In this document: positions 19,119 through 28,969 of the stretch, piece after piece
Layout of the letters: each line of letters begins with the position of its first letter
Numbering within the stretch: the first letter of the stretch is position 1
Assembly (NCBI GenBank): GCA_027451365.1
Contig: DAIDJN010000056.1
Span: forward strand, 1-64,000
Direction of reading: 5' to 3'
Length of the DNA stretch: 64,000 nucleotides
Source: Phycisphaerales bacterium
GTDB taxonomy: Bacteria; Planctomycetota; Phycisphaerae; WQYP01
Made by a program: the position numbers and the translations under genes
The notes under the pieces: model-generated
What the model was told of the DNA's origin: nothing
The model's database searches: none
What the model saw: the letters and a program-made list of their open reading frames with translations, nothing else

Positions 19119-19946
19119 TTACGCGGTTACTTCGCACCATGTTTTGGGTGTTTCCCATACTTTTACCGCAAGCAAATTAGCTCGCGGATTGAGGGCCGAC
19201 CGGAGTATATCAAAAATAATCCGGGCAATATTTTCCACAGTGGGGTTGAGCGCGGCAAATTGCGGACAGTCCAGGTTCAGGTGTTTATGGTCAAACACCT
19301 GAATGACCTGGCTATTGACCAGCTTTTGAAATTCATGCACAGGCATAAGGTGCAACGCGCCAGGATCAGAATTTCCGCCAATGGTAACCTCCAGCTCATA
19401 ATTATGTCCGTGGCCGTTGGCATTGTTGCATTTGCCGAAAAGAGCAATGTTTTCCGCCGTGGACAACTGATCGCTGTGTAAACGATGGGCGGCCGAAAAT
19501 TCAAACCGCTGGGACATGCGGATCATGACAGACTCCTTGAAATCCAGATGCAGTGCGTGAAATGGGCTTAAGCCCAGGCTCAGGCCCGCTAGGGTGCGTG
19601 GCGCCACGCGCGGTTTTATGGCGGCCGCGGCTTCCAGCAACGGCTCGAGCGGAGCCATATCTTCCGGCGCGGAATGGGCCGCCGCGCCCGTGTGGGCCAG
19701 ATAAAAGCGAACCAGCGCCGGCACTGCGGTTTGCCGCAAAATGCGGTCCAATTCGCGGATATTCATCAACATCCCGGTGGCCGGATCCACCGCGCCGGTT
19801 ATGCGAGCCTGAAGTGTGCAGAAGGGCACCAACCCGCGCATCGGCGGGTTGCCGGCGAAATTATTCGATTCAATCGCGGAAAGTTCGCCGCCGGAAAGCG
19901 AAAATCGCAGTTCGCGGCAAAGAGTTAAAGCGGGTTGTGTTGCCAT
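19119..19946 (-). CDS. queD: 6-carboxytetrahydropterin synthase (QueD/PTPS), tandem-domain form
   Basis: C-terminal FSAAHRLH...FGKC...HGHNY...FDHKHLN...PTVENIA...VWET; the N-terminal half is a degenerate PTPS domain (G.VDPATGMLMN). Confidence 0.85.
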   Translation of the reverse strand: MATQPALTLCRELRFSLSGGELSAIESNNFAGNPPMRGLVPFCTLQARITGAVDPATGMLMNIRELDRILRQTAVPALVRFYLAHTGAAAHSAPEDMAPLEPLLEAAAAIKPRVAPRTLAGLSLGLSPFHALHLDFKESVMIRMSQRFEFSAAHRLHSDQLSTAENIALFGKCNNANGHGHNYELEVTIGGNSDPGALHLMPVHEFQKLVNSQVIQVFDHKHLNLDCPQFAALNPTVENIARIIFDILRSALNPRANLLAVKVWETPKTWCEVTA

Positions 19947-20289
19947 CAGCGATATTGTAGCGCCCTGCGGCCACCATGGCTATGGCGATAAAAAGAGTGG
20001 TGCGGGCGCCGGGAATTATTGCCGCATGGTCGCCGGGCCTGCTATCGCTTCGCAACATCGGAGCGGGCGGTCCTGTTTTATATGAGAGGAACTTTTCCGG
20101 TATTCGCGGAGTGCTTTTCCGGTGGTCTCGGGGGCGGGTCGCCGTGGAATGATTCCCTATCCATTCCGTCGGTTTCATGGTAAAAAAGCGGATTGGTACC
20201 CGGTTGAACGGCTTGTTTTGTTCGGCTGGTCTCGGAGAATAATCAGTCAATAGATCGCGCGAAGCGGAATGTTGCAAGGCGGAGACTTC

Positions 20290-22263
20290 ATGATCACCAT
20301 TACCCTGCCCGATGGCTCGCAAAAGCAGTTTTCCGGCACGAGTGTGACGCCTCTTCAGGTTGCCCAATCCATCGGCCCGCGGTTGGCGAAGGATGCGGTG
20401 GGCGCTCTGGTGAACGGAGAACTCGCGGACCTGTCGGCACCGATTGTGCGGGATTGCGGCGTGGCCATCGTGACGGCCAAGCCGGATGAAGCCAATGCGG
20501 CGTGGCTGCTGCGGCATTCCACCGCGCATGTGATGGCCGAAGCGATTATGCGTCTGTATCCGGCGGCAAAACTTGCCTACGGCCCGCCGGTGGATGACGG
20601 TTTTTATTATGATATTGAGCTTGCAGAGCCCATTCGTGAAGAGGATTTTCCGCGAATTGAAGCGGAAATGACCCGCATTGTTGAAGAAAACCGTTCATTC
20701 ACCCGTTATGAATTGCCGCGCGACGCGGCGCTGGAAAAGCTGGGCGCGGCCGGCAATCCGTACAAGGTGGATAACGCGCAACGCGCGCTGGCCCAGGACC
20801 CGCAGGCGGCAATCAGTTTTTACGCCACGGGTGAACCGGGCAAAAACTGGGAAGATCTGTGCCGCGGGCCGCATCTGCCGTCCACGGGGCGGATCGGCGC
20901 GTTTAAAATAACCAGCGTGGCGGGCGCATACTGGCATGGCGATGCCAGCCAGCAGCAGTTGCAGCGCGTGTACGGCAAGGCGTTTTTCAGCAAAGCGCAG
21001 ATGGACGCCCATTTTGTCCAGATAGAGGAAGCAAAAAAACGCGATCATCGTCTGATCGGCAAGCAGATGGGCCTTTTCACCATCTCGCCGCTGGTTGGCA
21101 GCGGCCTTATATTATGGATGCCCAAGGGCGGCGTGCTGCGCCAGCAGCTTGAAGATTTCATGCGCGAGCAACTGGCGCTGCGTGGTTACAGCGCCGTCTA
21201 CACGCCGCATATTGGAAATATCAACCTGTATAAAACCAGCGGCCATTATCCGTATTATAAAGACTCACAGTTCCCCACAATAAAAATGAAGGAACGCGAT
21301 TCAGGTGATGAGAGCGAATACCTGCTGAAGCCGATGAATTGCCCGCATCACATTCAGATTTATTCGGCCCAGCCGCGCAGCTATCGCGACCTGCCCATCC
21401 GGCTGGCGGAATTCGGCACGGTATACCGGTTTGAGCAATCCGGTGAACTCAACGGCATGACGCGCGTACGCGGCTTTACACAGGATGACGCCCACCTGTT
21501 CTGCACTCCGGAACAGGTGGAGGCCGAATTGCGATCAACAGTGGAAATGGTGCAGGTGGTGTTCAAGACGCTTGGTTTTGCGGATTACCAGTGCCGCGTA
21601 AGCCTGCGCGATCCGAAATCTGATAAATATGCCGGCGACCCGCGACTGTGGGACCGTGCGGAAGATACGTTGCGGAAAATTGTCAAGGATGTGGGCATTG
21701 CCTCGCAGGAGGCGATTGGCGAGGCCGCATTCTACGGCCCGAAACTGGATTTTCTGGTGAAAGATGTGATCGGCCGGCAGTGGCAGCTTGGCACAGTGCA
21801 GTTGGATTATGTCCTGCCGGAACGTTTTGAACTTGAGTATATCGGCGCGGACAACCATCCGCACCGGCCGGTCATGATTCACCGGGCGCCCTTCGGTTCA
21901 ATGGAGCGTTTCACCGGAATTCTGATCGAACATTTCGCCGGCAGCTTTCCGACATGGCTTGCGCCGGTGCAGGTTCGGGTGCTTAGTATCAGCGAGAAAT
22001 TTGTGGACTATGCCCGGCAGGTGGTGGCGGATCTTGCCGGCACCGGTGTGCGTGTGGAACTGGATGCGGGTGACGAAAAAGTCGGTGCCAAAATACGCAG
22101 GGCACGCGAAGAGAAAATTCCGTATCTGCTGGTGGTGGGCGGCAAGGAACAGGAAACCCGTTCAGTGGCCGTTCGCACCAGAAAAGATCAGGACCTTGGC
22201 GCAGTTCCGCTGGTCGATTTTATCGGGAAGCTGACCGCGGAAATCCGCAACAGGACGCTTTAA
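20290..22263 (+). CDS. thrS: threonine--tRNA ligase
   Basis: TGS domain, RHSTAH, DLCRGPH, RDHR, KPMNCPHH, RVRGFTQDDAH and AAFYGPKLD. Confidence 0.98.
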   Translation: MITITLPDGSQKQFSGTSVTPLQVAQSIGPRLAKDAVGALVNGELADLSAPIVRDCGVAIVTAKPDEANAAWLLRHSTAHVMAEAIMRLYPAAKLAYGPPVDDGFYYDIELAEPIREEDFPRIEAEMTRIVEENRSFTRYELPRDAALEKLGAAGNPYKVDNAQRALAQDPQAAISFYATGEPGKNWEDLCRGPHLPSTGRIGAFKITSVAGAYWHGDASQQQLQRVYGKAFFSKAQMDAHFVQIEEAKKRDHRLIGKQMGLFTISPLVGSGLILWMPKGGVLRQQLEDFMREQLALRGYSAVYTPHIGNINLYKTSGHYPYYKDSQFPTIKMKERDSGDESEYLLKPMNCPHHIQIYSAQPRSYRDLPIRLAEFGTVYRFEQSGELNGMTRVRGFTQDDAHLFCTPEQVEAELRSTVEMVQVVFKTLGFADYQCRVSLRDPKSDKYAGDPRLWDRAEDTLRKIVKDVGIASQEAIGEAAFYGPKLDFLVKDVIGRQWQLGTVQLDYVLPERFELEYIGADNHPHRPVMIHRAPFGSMERFTGILIEHFAGSFPTWLAPVQVRVLSISEKFVDYARQVVADLAGTGVRVELDAGDEKVGAKIRRAREEKIPYLLVVGGKEQETRSVAVRTRKDQDLGAVPLVDFIGKLTAEIRNRTL

Positions 22264-22452
22264 TCGCGCATCACTGCCAAACCGGCGGGTTTGCCGGAAT
22301 CGGCACAACACACCGGTGGGTCGGCCGCTTGACATGCCGCATTGCGGGAGTTAAATCGGCTTGAAATAAGCGTGTTGGCGTCGGGCGGCCGGATGTCCGG
22401 AGTCTGGGAAGATGCCAGCGAAGTTATCCATGCGATGCCAGGGAGCCTGTCC

Positions 22453-23883
22453 ATGTCCGAAGCCATTGATCATGCCCAACTCACCGCGCTACTGGCCGCC
22501 CGTGGCCAGCGGCATGTGTATACTTTCTATGACAAACTTTCAGCGGAAAAGAGGCTGGAACTTGACCGGAATGTCGCCTCGGTGGATTGGCAACTGGTGC
22601 AACATCTTGTGGAAACGGTGGTCAAAAACCCGCAGCCTTTTGCGCTTCCTGAACAGATTGAACCAGCGCCTTATTTTCCCAATGTTCCCAACAGTCCGGC
22701 GTTGAAGGAAAAATACAGATTGGCACGGCAGCGCGGCGAGGAACTGTTGCGGCAGGGAAAAATCGCCTCATTTGTAGTCGCCGGTGGCCAGGGGTCGCGT
22801 CTGGGCTGGGAAGGCCCCAAGGGAACCTTTCCCGCCACCGCCATCAGGCGCAAACCCCTGTTTCAATGTTTCGCCGAATTTCTGCTGGAATTGGGGCGCC
22901 GCGCGGGCAAGCCGATCCCGTTTTATATCATGACCAGCACCGCCAACCATGCCGTCACCGTGGAGTTCTGGAAAGCCCACCGCTATTTCGGCATGGGGGC
23001 GGACCAGGTGATGTTTTTCCCGCAGGATATGCTGCCAGCGGTCGGATTTGACGGCCGCGTTCTGCTGGAAACGGATCACACGCTGGCGCTTTCGCCCAAC
23101 GGCCACGGCGGATCCATGCTGGCGCTGCACAAAAGCGGCGCGCTGGCGAACATGGCCGAACGCGGAATAGAACAGATCAGCTATTTTCAGGTGGACAATC
23201 CGATCGTGCGCTGCGTGGATCCGTTGTTCATCGGTCTGCACGACCTGGAAAAGGCGGATATGTCCAGCAAAATGCTGCCCAAGGCCGAGCCGAAGGAAAA
23301 ACTGGGCAATCTGTGCATTGTGGATGGCAAGTACACGATTATCGAGTATTCCGACCTGCCGGACAGTCTTGCTCAGGCCCGTTTGCCGGATGGCTCGCTT
23401 AAATTCCGGGCCGGGTCCATTGCGCTGCACGCGATTCGCGTGGATTTTGTGCAGCGGCTTAATGCGACCGGTTTTGCGTTGCCTTATCACCGCGCGGAAA
23501 AAAAGGTTTCCTGTGTGGACTTGATTACCGGGCAGCCGGTCAAGCCGGAAAAACCCAACGCGGTGAAAATGGAGACCTTTGTATTTGATGCGCTTCCACT
23601 GACCAGCCACAGTATCGTGTATGAAACCGATCGCATAGATGAATTCGCGCCTATCAAGCAGCCTTCCGGTGTGGATTCGCCGGAATCGGCCCGGCAGATT
23701 GTGACCCAGCGCAACGCCAACTGGCTGACGGCGGCGGGAATTGCGGTACCAAAAAAGCCGGACGGGCAGCCTGATTGCACCATTGAAATCGCGGCATCTT
23801 TTGCGATTTACCCGGAAGATGTGGCGGCGAAAAAGTCGATCATTCCGGCAATTCAACCCGGCGCAAACGTGTATCTGGATTAA
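22453..23883 (+). CDS. UDP-N-acetylglucosamine pyrophosphorylase, UDPGP/UAP1 type
   Basis: AGGQGSRLG..GPKG, PNGHGG, QVDNP, IEYSD, KMETFVFD and EFAPIK. Confidence 0.9.
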   Translation: MSEAIDHAQLTALLAARGQRHVYTFYDKLSAEKRLELDRNVASVDWQLVQHLVETVVKNPQPFALPEQIEPAPYFPNVPNSPALKEKYRLARQRGEELLRQGKIASFVVAGGQGSRLGWEGPKGTFPATAIRRKPLFQCFAEFLLELGRRAGKPIPFYIMTSTANHAVTVEFWKAHRYFGMGADQVMFFPQDMLPAVGFDGRVLLETDHTLALSPNGHGGSMLALHKSGALANMAERGIEQISYFQVDNPIVRCVDPLFIGLHDLEKADMSSKMLPKAEPKEKLGNLCIVDGKYTIIEYSDLPDSLAQARLPDGSLKFRAGSIALHAIRVDFVQRLNATGFALPYHRAEKKVSCVDLITGQPVKPEKPNAVKMETFVFDALPLTSHSIVYETDRIDEFAPIKQPSGVDSPESARQIVTQRNANWLTAAGIAVPKKPDGQPDCTIEIAASFAIYPEDVAAKKSIIPAIQPGANVYLD

Positions 23884-23927
23884 GCCCAGTAGCGCGGAGC
23901 GAACCGCCGTCGGCCAAACCGCGATGA

Positions 23928-24563
23928 CTAGGGACTTGGATGGATTGCCGATTCAATGGTTTTAAAAAGTCGGTCGCACCATTTGCAATTCGTGCGCACT
24001 TGCCTGGCATCCACCTTTTTTAATAACCGGGATCCATCGCGGATTTTCTCATATTTCCGGGCAGAGGTTTCACGGGTGGCATGCTGCAGTACATCGTTGA
24101 TTTTCTCTTTGGTCAGAATCTCTACCTGTTGGGGGTCCGGTAGATTTGCGGCATTAAAGCCTTTGCCAAAATAACTCTTGAGTCCTTTCGGATCCGCCAG
24201 AAACCACGCCTCCATGCATACGACCATCATTTGGCACCGGTCATCGTTCAAACCCCCAGGGCTATCCCAGTGGTCACCCCTACGATTCTTGAGATGAAAC
24301 CACGGGGATGTCGCGAATGCCACGGGTTCTTCAGAATCAATCAGCAGAACATTGAAAATATCGGGCTCATTTTTCACTGCATCCACGAAATCGTCGTAGG
24401 CTTCGCGGCGGCCGCCGCAAAGAACCAGTTTCCATCCGATCCCCTTTTGTCGCGCCAATTCGCGAGCACTGGCGAGGAACTCGGAAAAACCCTCGCGCAA
24501 GCTGGACTTGGTCGCGTTGGCGTTTCCGCCACCCTCGATATAAATTGCGATATTGCTTACCAC
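23928..24563 (-). CDS. DUF4276-family (TOPRIM-like) protein
   Basis: IYIEGGG, CGGR, LLIDSE and CMEAWFLAD pattern; start overlaps the stop of the upstream ATPase. Confidence 0.8.
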   Translation of the reverse strand: MVSNIAIYIEGGGNANATKSSLREGFSEFLASARELARQKGIGWKLVLCGGRREAYDDFVDAVKNEPDIFNVLLIDSEEPVAFATSPWFHLKNRRGDHWDSPGGLNDDRCQMMVVCMEAWFLADPKGLKSYFGKGFNAANLPDPQQVEILTKEKINDVLQHATRETSARKYEKIRDGSRLLKKVDARQVRTNCKWCDRLFKTIESAIHPSP

Positions 24564-25765
24564 AGATTCCCGCCTATTTTTCCGGCCCGCCAGATATCAC
24601 CAAGACTGTAAGTTTTCAGCCAGTGCGCCAGCTTATCGGCCTCGATCCGTTTTATGACCGTACCGTTGGCAATGTAATCGCAAACCAGAACGGCATTGGC
24701 GTGCCCGGTAAGGGCTGAAACCAGGGCATCGGAATGGGTCGTGACGATTATTTGTGTTTGCTCCGACGCTTCAACCAGCAGATCGGCCAGAATGCTCATT
24801 GCATCCGGGTGCATACCCAATTCGGGCTCTTCAATACAGATCAATGATGAGGCTCCGGCATTCAGAAGAATGGCCAGCAGGCAGATGAATCGCAATGTCC
24901 CGTCGGAAAGGCGCGTGGCTGGAATGGGTGCGGAAAGACCGTCTTCATGCAGATAAATCTGTACAGATCCGGATGACACCTTTGTGCTGATCCGGGTGAA
25001 ACGTGGCAAAAACTTCGGCATCAGCTCATTGAAACGATGCCATTGCGGGCGATGTTCAAGATCGTTTAATACCAACCCCAGATTCATCAGTTGTGGCAAC
25101 AAAGCCTCGGTGGGCAGGTTGGCCGGCTGCGGAGCCCTGAGTGTTGCGGATCGTCCGAACCCCCACTCTCGAAAAAGCTGTATGCCAGCAAACCGTGCGG
25201 CCGTCGTTGTTATCTCCGGATATGTTTCCGGGTCCTTAATTTGTGCAAGAACCGACTGTTGCGGATCAATATTTTCCCGCTTTAAGAATCGCTGAATATA
25301 TTTCGCATGCGTAGCCTCATTTTCCACCATTTGGGCAGCCCGTATAACCGGGTGCCCCGCTTGGAAGCGGTAATGAAAGCGAACATCTTCGGCGTTTGGA
25401 TCAGTTTTTTTCCAGTCTTCCAGAGCTTCGTCGGTAACTTCCAATCGACCGCCACTTTCGGCAAATTCCAGGCGATAGAGCAGATCAGGCCCCTCTTTCC
25501 AGGGGCTGATTTGCGCCTCAATGCGAGCTTTTTTTACTTCCGGTTTTCCCCGCCAAATCCAATCTCCCGGCGTTCCCCCAATTCGTATGGCGGCGTTTAA
25601 ATCCGTGGGCGTGGCATGCAACAGCTCTAAAGCCTCAATGCAATTTGATTTTCCAGCGCCATTTGAACCAATAAGCACATTCAGTTTTTCCAAATTAATC
25701 GTCGAGCTTTCGGGGCTGAAAGAGAGCAGTCCTTCTAGCTTAAGACTTTTAAGAAACGTGCTCAT
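24557..25765 (-). CDS. ABC-type (AAA_21-like) ATPase
   Basis: Walker A GSNGAGKS, signature LSDGT, Walker B IEEPE, D-loop HP and H-loop TTHS. Confidence 0.9.
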   Translation of the reverse strand: MSTFLKSLKLEGLLSFSPESSTINLEKLNVLIGSNGAGKSNCIEALELLHATPTDLNAAIRIGGTPGDWIWRGKPEVKKARIEAQISPWKEGPDLLYRLEFAESGGRLEVTDEALEDWKKTDPNAEDVRFHYRFQAGHPVIRAAQMVENEATHAKYIQRFLKRENIDPQQSVLAQIKDPETYPEITTTAARFAGIQLFREWGFGRSATLRAPQPANLPTEALLPQLMNLGLVLNDLEHRPQWHRFNELMPKFLPRFTRISTKVSSGSVQIYLHEDGLSAPIPATRLSDGTLRFICLLAILLNAGASSLICIEEPELGMHPDAMSILADLLVEASEQTQIIVTTHSDALVSALTGHANAVLVCDYIANGTVIKRIEADKLAHWLKTYSLGDIWRAGKIGGNLW

Positions 25766-25803
25766 TTTCCCGCCTTTCCAGGGGATAGAACAGTGCCACT
25801 CGT

Positions 25804-28569
25804 CTACAGATTGATATTCAGAAGATTGCCGCGGGTGTCAATGGCTTCCATCAGGACCGCATCGCCGGAGAGCGATCCGTCGGCCACCACGTTGATGCGT
25901 TTGCCATATTTGTTTTCCAGTTCCACCAGTTCCAGCCGCTTGCGGTTCAGCAGGAATGTGGCCACCGTGGAATAAACGCGCACTTCAATGCGGCTGATGT
26001 CGCGCTGCAGACCGCCGGCGGCCAGCCGCCGCAGAACATCAAGCGAAACGCTTTCCGGTGTTTTAATAAGACCGGATCCGTGGCAATGCGGGCAGTCCTG
26101 ATAAATGCTTCGTTTTAAGCTGGGCTTGACACGCTGCCGGGTCATTTCAATCATGCAGAACTGGCTCATGCGCAGCACTTTGGTGCGGGCGCGGTCATCC
26201 TTCAGTTGATCGCGCAGCAGACGTTCAATTTCGCGCTTGTGCCGTTCCTCCCGCATGTCGATAAAGTCTATGACAATCACGCCTCCAAGGTCGCGCAAAC
26301 GCAGGTGGCGGCAGATGTCTTTTATCGCGTCGCGGTTGATGTTAAACGCGGTCAGTTCCGCATCGCGGTGTTCGCGGTAGCGGCCGGAATTCACATCTAT
26401 GGCGACCAGCGCCTCGGTGGAATCAATAACCAGGGAACCGCCATTGGACATTTCCACGCGGCGTGAATTGATCTTTTCAATTTCCCGTTCCACGCCATAA
26501 CGCTGGAACAGGGGCAATGGCTCGGTGTATGCTTCCACAAAATCCGCGGCCCGCGGATTAACGATGGAAAGAAAATCGCGTACCCGCTCGGCCACAACCG
26601 GTTCATCCACCACCATGCGGTCAATATCATTAATGGCCAGATCGCGAATGGTGCGAATGACCAGGTCACTTTCCTGATAAAGTTCCACGGGTGCCGGATA
26701 AGCCTCCAGCCTTTCATGAATCCGCCGCCACACTTTCACCAGATAATGGAGGTCCTGCTGCAATTCGCGGCGGCTGCGGCCGACGCCTGCGGTGCGAATG
26801 ATAAAGCCAAGATTCCGCGGCGGATTAAGGTCAAGCAGAATTTTTCTTAATTCACGTCGCTGTTCCTCATCCTCAATTTTTCTGGAAACGCCAAGCTGGC
26901 TCATGCCCGGCATCATGACCAAGTATCGGCCGGGCACGCTGATATAGCTGGTCAGCGTGGGTCCTTTTGTGCCGATGCCCTCTTTGGTGACCTGTACAAT
27001 AATTTCCTGGCCGCGCCGCAGGCATTGCTGAATGGGCGGTCGGCTGCGGCGTGGTGTTTTGCGGCCAACCTTTTCCATCGGCAGCATGTGGTCGCTGTCC
27101 ACCTGCAGGTCCGCATTTTCAAGGAATGCATCAGATTCGGCGGAGTCAATGTCTCCATATACGCCTTCGGGGGCGTCATTTCCCGTATCGACGGCTGCGT
27201 CCGCCTGCCCGCGGGCACCGTTTCTTCGCTGCGGACCAAGCGACCGCTTCGGTTGGCCCGAAAAATATTGCGGATGCAGATCGCTGATGTGCAGAAATCC
27301 GTTTTTGCCTATGCCGAAGTCAATGAATGCGGCCTGAATGGCCGGTTCCACATTCATGACTCTACCCTTGTATATATTTCCGACATGAAGTTCAGTGCTG
27401 GTGCGCTCCATGTACAGTTCTTCAAGCATGCCCTGGCTGACAATGGCAATGCGGACTTCATCCTTGTCCGTTGCGTTAATCAGCATGTCCCTTGGCGGGC
27501 CGGTGCGTTTGACGGGCGCGGGCTCTTCGGCGTCCACTTCGGCGAGTTTTTCAAGGTCCCCTTCAGGAACATCAAAAGTTGTGGCGTGCGCGTCGTCCTT
27601 AAAGGTGGAATCGTCCGTGGTGCCGCGCTGACCTTCGGCATATCCACCACTGGCCGGTTCCAGACCGGCGGAGGTGTTCTGCCGGGCCGCCGGCCGCGAC
27701 GTGTCTTCTGATGAATCATCCGCGGCATTGGCAAATGACTGCGACGTATCTTCCGCCGTTGGAGCTGGCGCGGGAGTAGCCATGTGTTCAGAGGCTTCGC
27801 TGGCCGGCCCCCGGTTCTGGGGGCCGCGCTGGGATTGATCCGCCTGGCGGCCACCGGACGGGCTTTGCCGACCGCCGCGCTGCGGAGATCGCGGATTGTT
27901 CTGCGTGGGTGCCGGCCGCGCGGCATTGCCAGCAGTCTGGGGCGGCACCTGGACCGTGTCGTCCACCGGGGCAATGCCGGTCGGGCGGAATTTTTGTCGC
28001 ATCGGAACGCCGCCGCGAAAGGTCTGCCTTCCCAGGTGGCGGGTCGCGCCGGGCGAAGCACGCGCCACCAGCCTGCCGGTGGACGGACGCATGGAGGCCA
28101 GCCGGCTCATTATCGCAGGCATATTCACCTGATTATCCGCTGCGGCCTGGCTGGCTGCCGACGGGTCCGTGACGGATGCGTCGGTACGGCCGGAATCCGG
28201 CTCCGATGGTTCAACTTCATTTGTCTGCTGCGATATAGTTTCATTAACAGCCGCTTTGCCCGACCGGCCGCTGCGCGTGTCGGCTGCCGCAGGTTCGGCG
28301 ACAGCCGCCGAATTCCGCGAATCGGGCTGCTGTTCAGTTGGCTGATCGGCGTTGGCTTTTGTGGTATCCGTCGCATGGGCGGCTTCGCCACCGGCCGCAA
28401 CAGGGATAATCGGAATAATTTTGCGCTGCCCCCGGCCGCGGCCGCGGCCAGAATGGCGCACGCGCCGCGCCGGCTTTTTTGCCGTGGCTTTGGCTGGGCC
28501 GTCAGCAGGCGCAGAAGCCGCGCTGGGCCCGGCCTGTTCCTGAGAAAATGTCGTGGCTTCCGCTGGCAT
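25804..28569 (-). CDS. rne: Rne/Rng family ribonuclease with about 360-aa disordered N-terminal extension
   Basis: GNIYKGRV..VEPAIQAAFID, KEGIGTKGP, IDVNSG, LRLRDLGGVIVIDFIDM, EMTRQR and CPHCHGSG. Confidence 0.93.
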   Translation of the reverse strand: MPAEATTFSQEQAGPSAASAPADGPAKATAKKPARRVRHSGRGRGRGQRKIIPIIPVAAGGEAAHATDTTKANADQPTEQQPDSRNSAAVAEPAAADTRSGRSGKAAVNETISQQTNEVEPSEPDSGRTDASVTDPSAASQAAADNQVNMPAIMSRLASMRPSTGRLVARASPGATRHLGRQTFRGGVPMRQKFRPTGIAPVDDTVQVPPQTAGNAARPAPTQNNPRSPQRGGRQSPSGGRQADQSQRGPQNRGPASEASEHMATPAPAPTAEDTSQSFANAADDSSEDTSRPAARQNTSAGLEPASGGYAEGQRGTTDDSTFKDDAHATTFDVPEGDLEKLAEVDAEEPAPVKRTGPPRDMLINATDKDEVRIAIVSQGMLEELYMERTSTELHVGNIYKGRVMNVEPAIQAAFIDFGIGKNGFLHISDLHPQYFSGQPKRSLGPQRRNGARGQADAAVDTGNDAPEGVYGDIDSAESDAFLENADLQVDSDHMLPMEKVGRKTPRRSRPPIQQCLRRGQEIIVQVTKEGIGTKGPTLTSYISVPGRYLVMMPGMSQLGVSRKIEDEEQRRELRKILLDLNPPRNLGFIIRTAGVGRSRRELQQDLHYLVKVWRRIHERLEAYPAPVELYQESDLVIRTIRDLAINDIDRMVVDEPVVAERVRDFLSIVNPRAADFVEAYTEPLPLFQRYGVEREIEKINSRRVEMSNGGSLVIDSTEALVAIDVNSGRYREHRDAELTAFNINRDAIKDICRHLRLRDLGGVIVIDFIDMREERHKREIERLLRDQLKDDRARTKVLRMSQFCMIEMTRQRVKPSLKRSIYQDCPHCHGSGLIKTPESVSLDVLRRLAAGGLQRDISRIEVRVYSTVATFLLNRKRLELVELENKYGKRINVVADGSLSGDAVLMEAIDTRGNLLNINL

Positions 28570-28667
28570 GGACGAAACGCGTTCGTCGGGGAATTCCCGA
28601 CCCGATGCCGGTGAATCCTGATTGTGGCTGTTGATGAGATGCCCTCACATGTGGTTATATATTGTTC

Positions 28668-28712
28668 TCATGGCTTAACCTTAAGCCATGAATCTTTCAT
28701 ACTTTAAAGTAT
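28668..28712. promoter_or_regulatory. two adjacent palindromes in the rne upstream region
   Basis: TCATGGCTTAA-CC-TTAAGCCATGA (28668-28691) and ATACTTTAAAGTAT (28699-28712). Confidence 0.45.
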
Positions 28713-28969
28713 AGTCTAATGTTTCGCGCTTGCGAAGTCCAATGCGGCGCAGCTCCAAATCAGCCATTCAGGCGGCATTTGGCCCACACTGACTAAATTC
28801 GTATAGGCGAATTGTTTTGCGTGTGCTGACGCCGCGAACTGAAACAGCCCGCAGGTTGAATCGTTCCAAAGCGGCTCTTACCGTTGGGTTCCATTCCGTG
28901 ACACCAAAACGGCAACCCGGAACTGAGCTGAATTTCGCCCAATTTTGATTCCAGCCGCTCCCAATCGTC

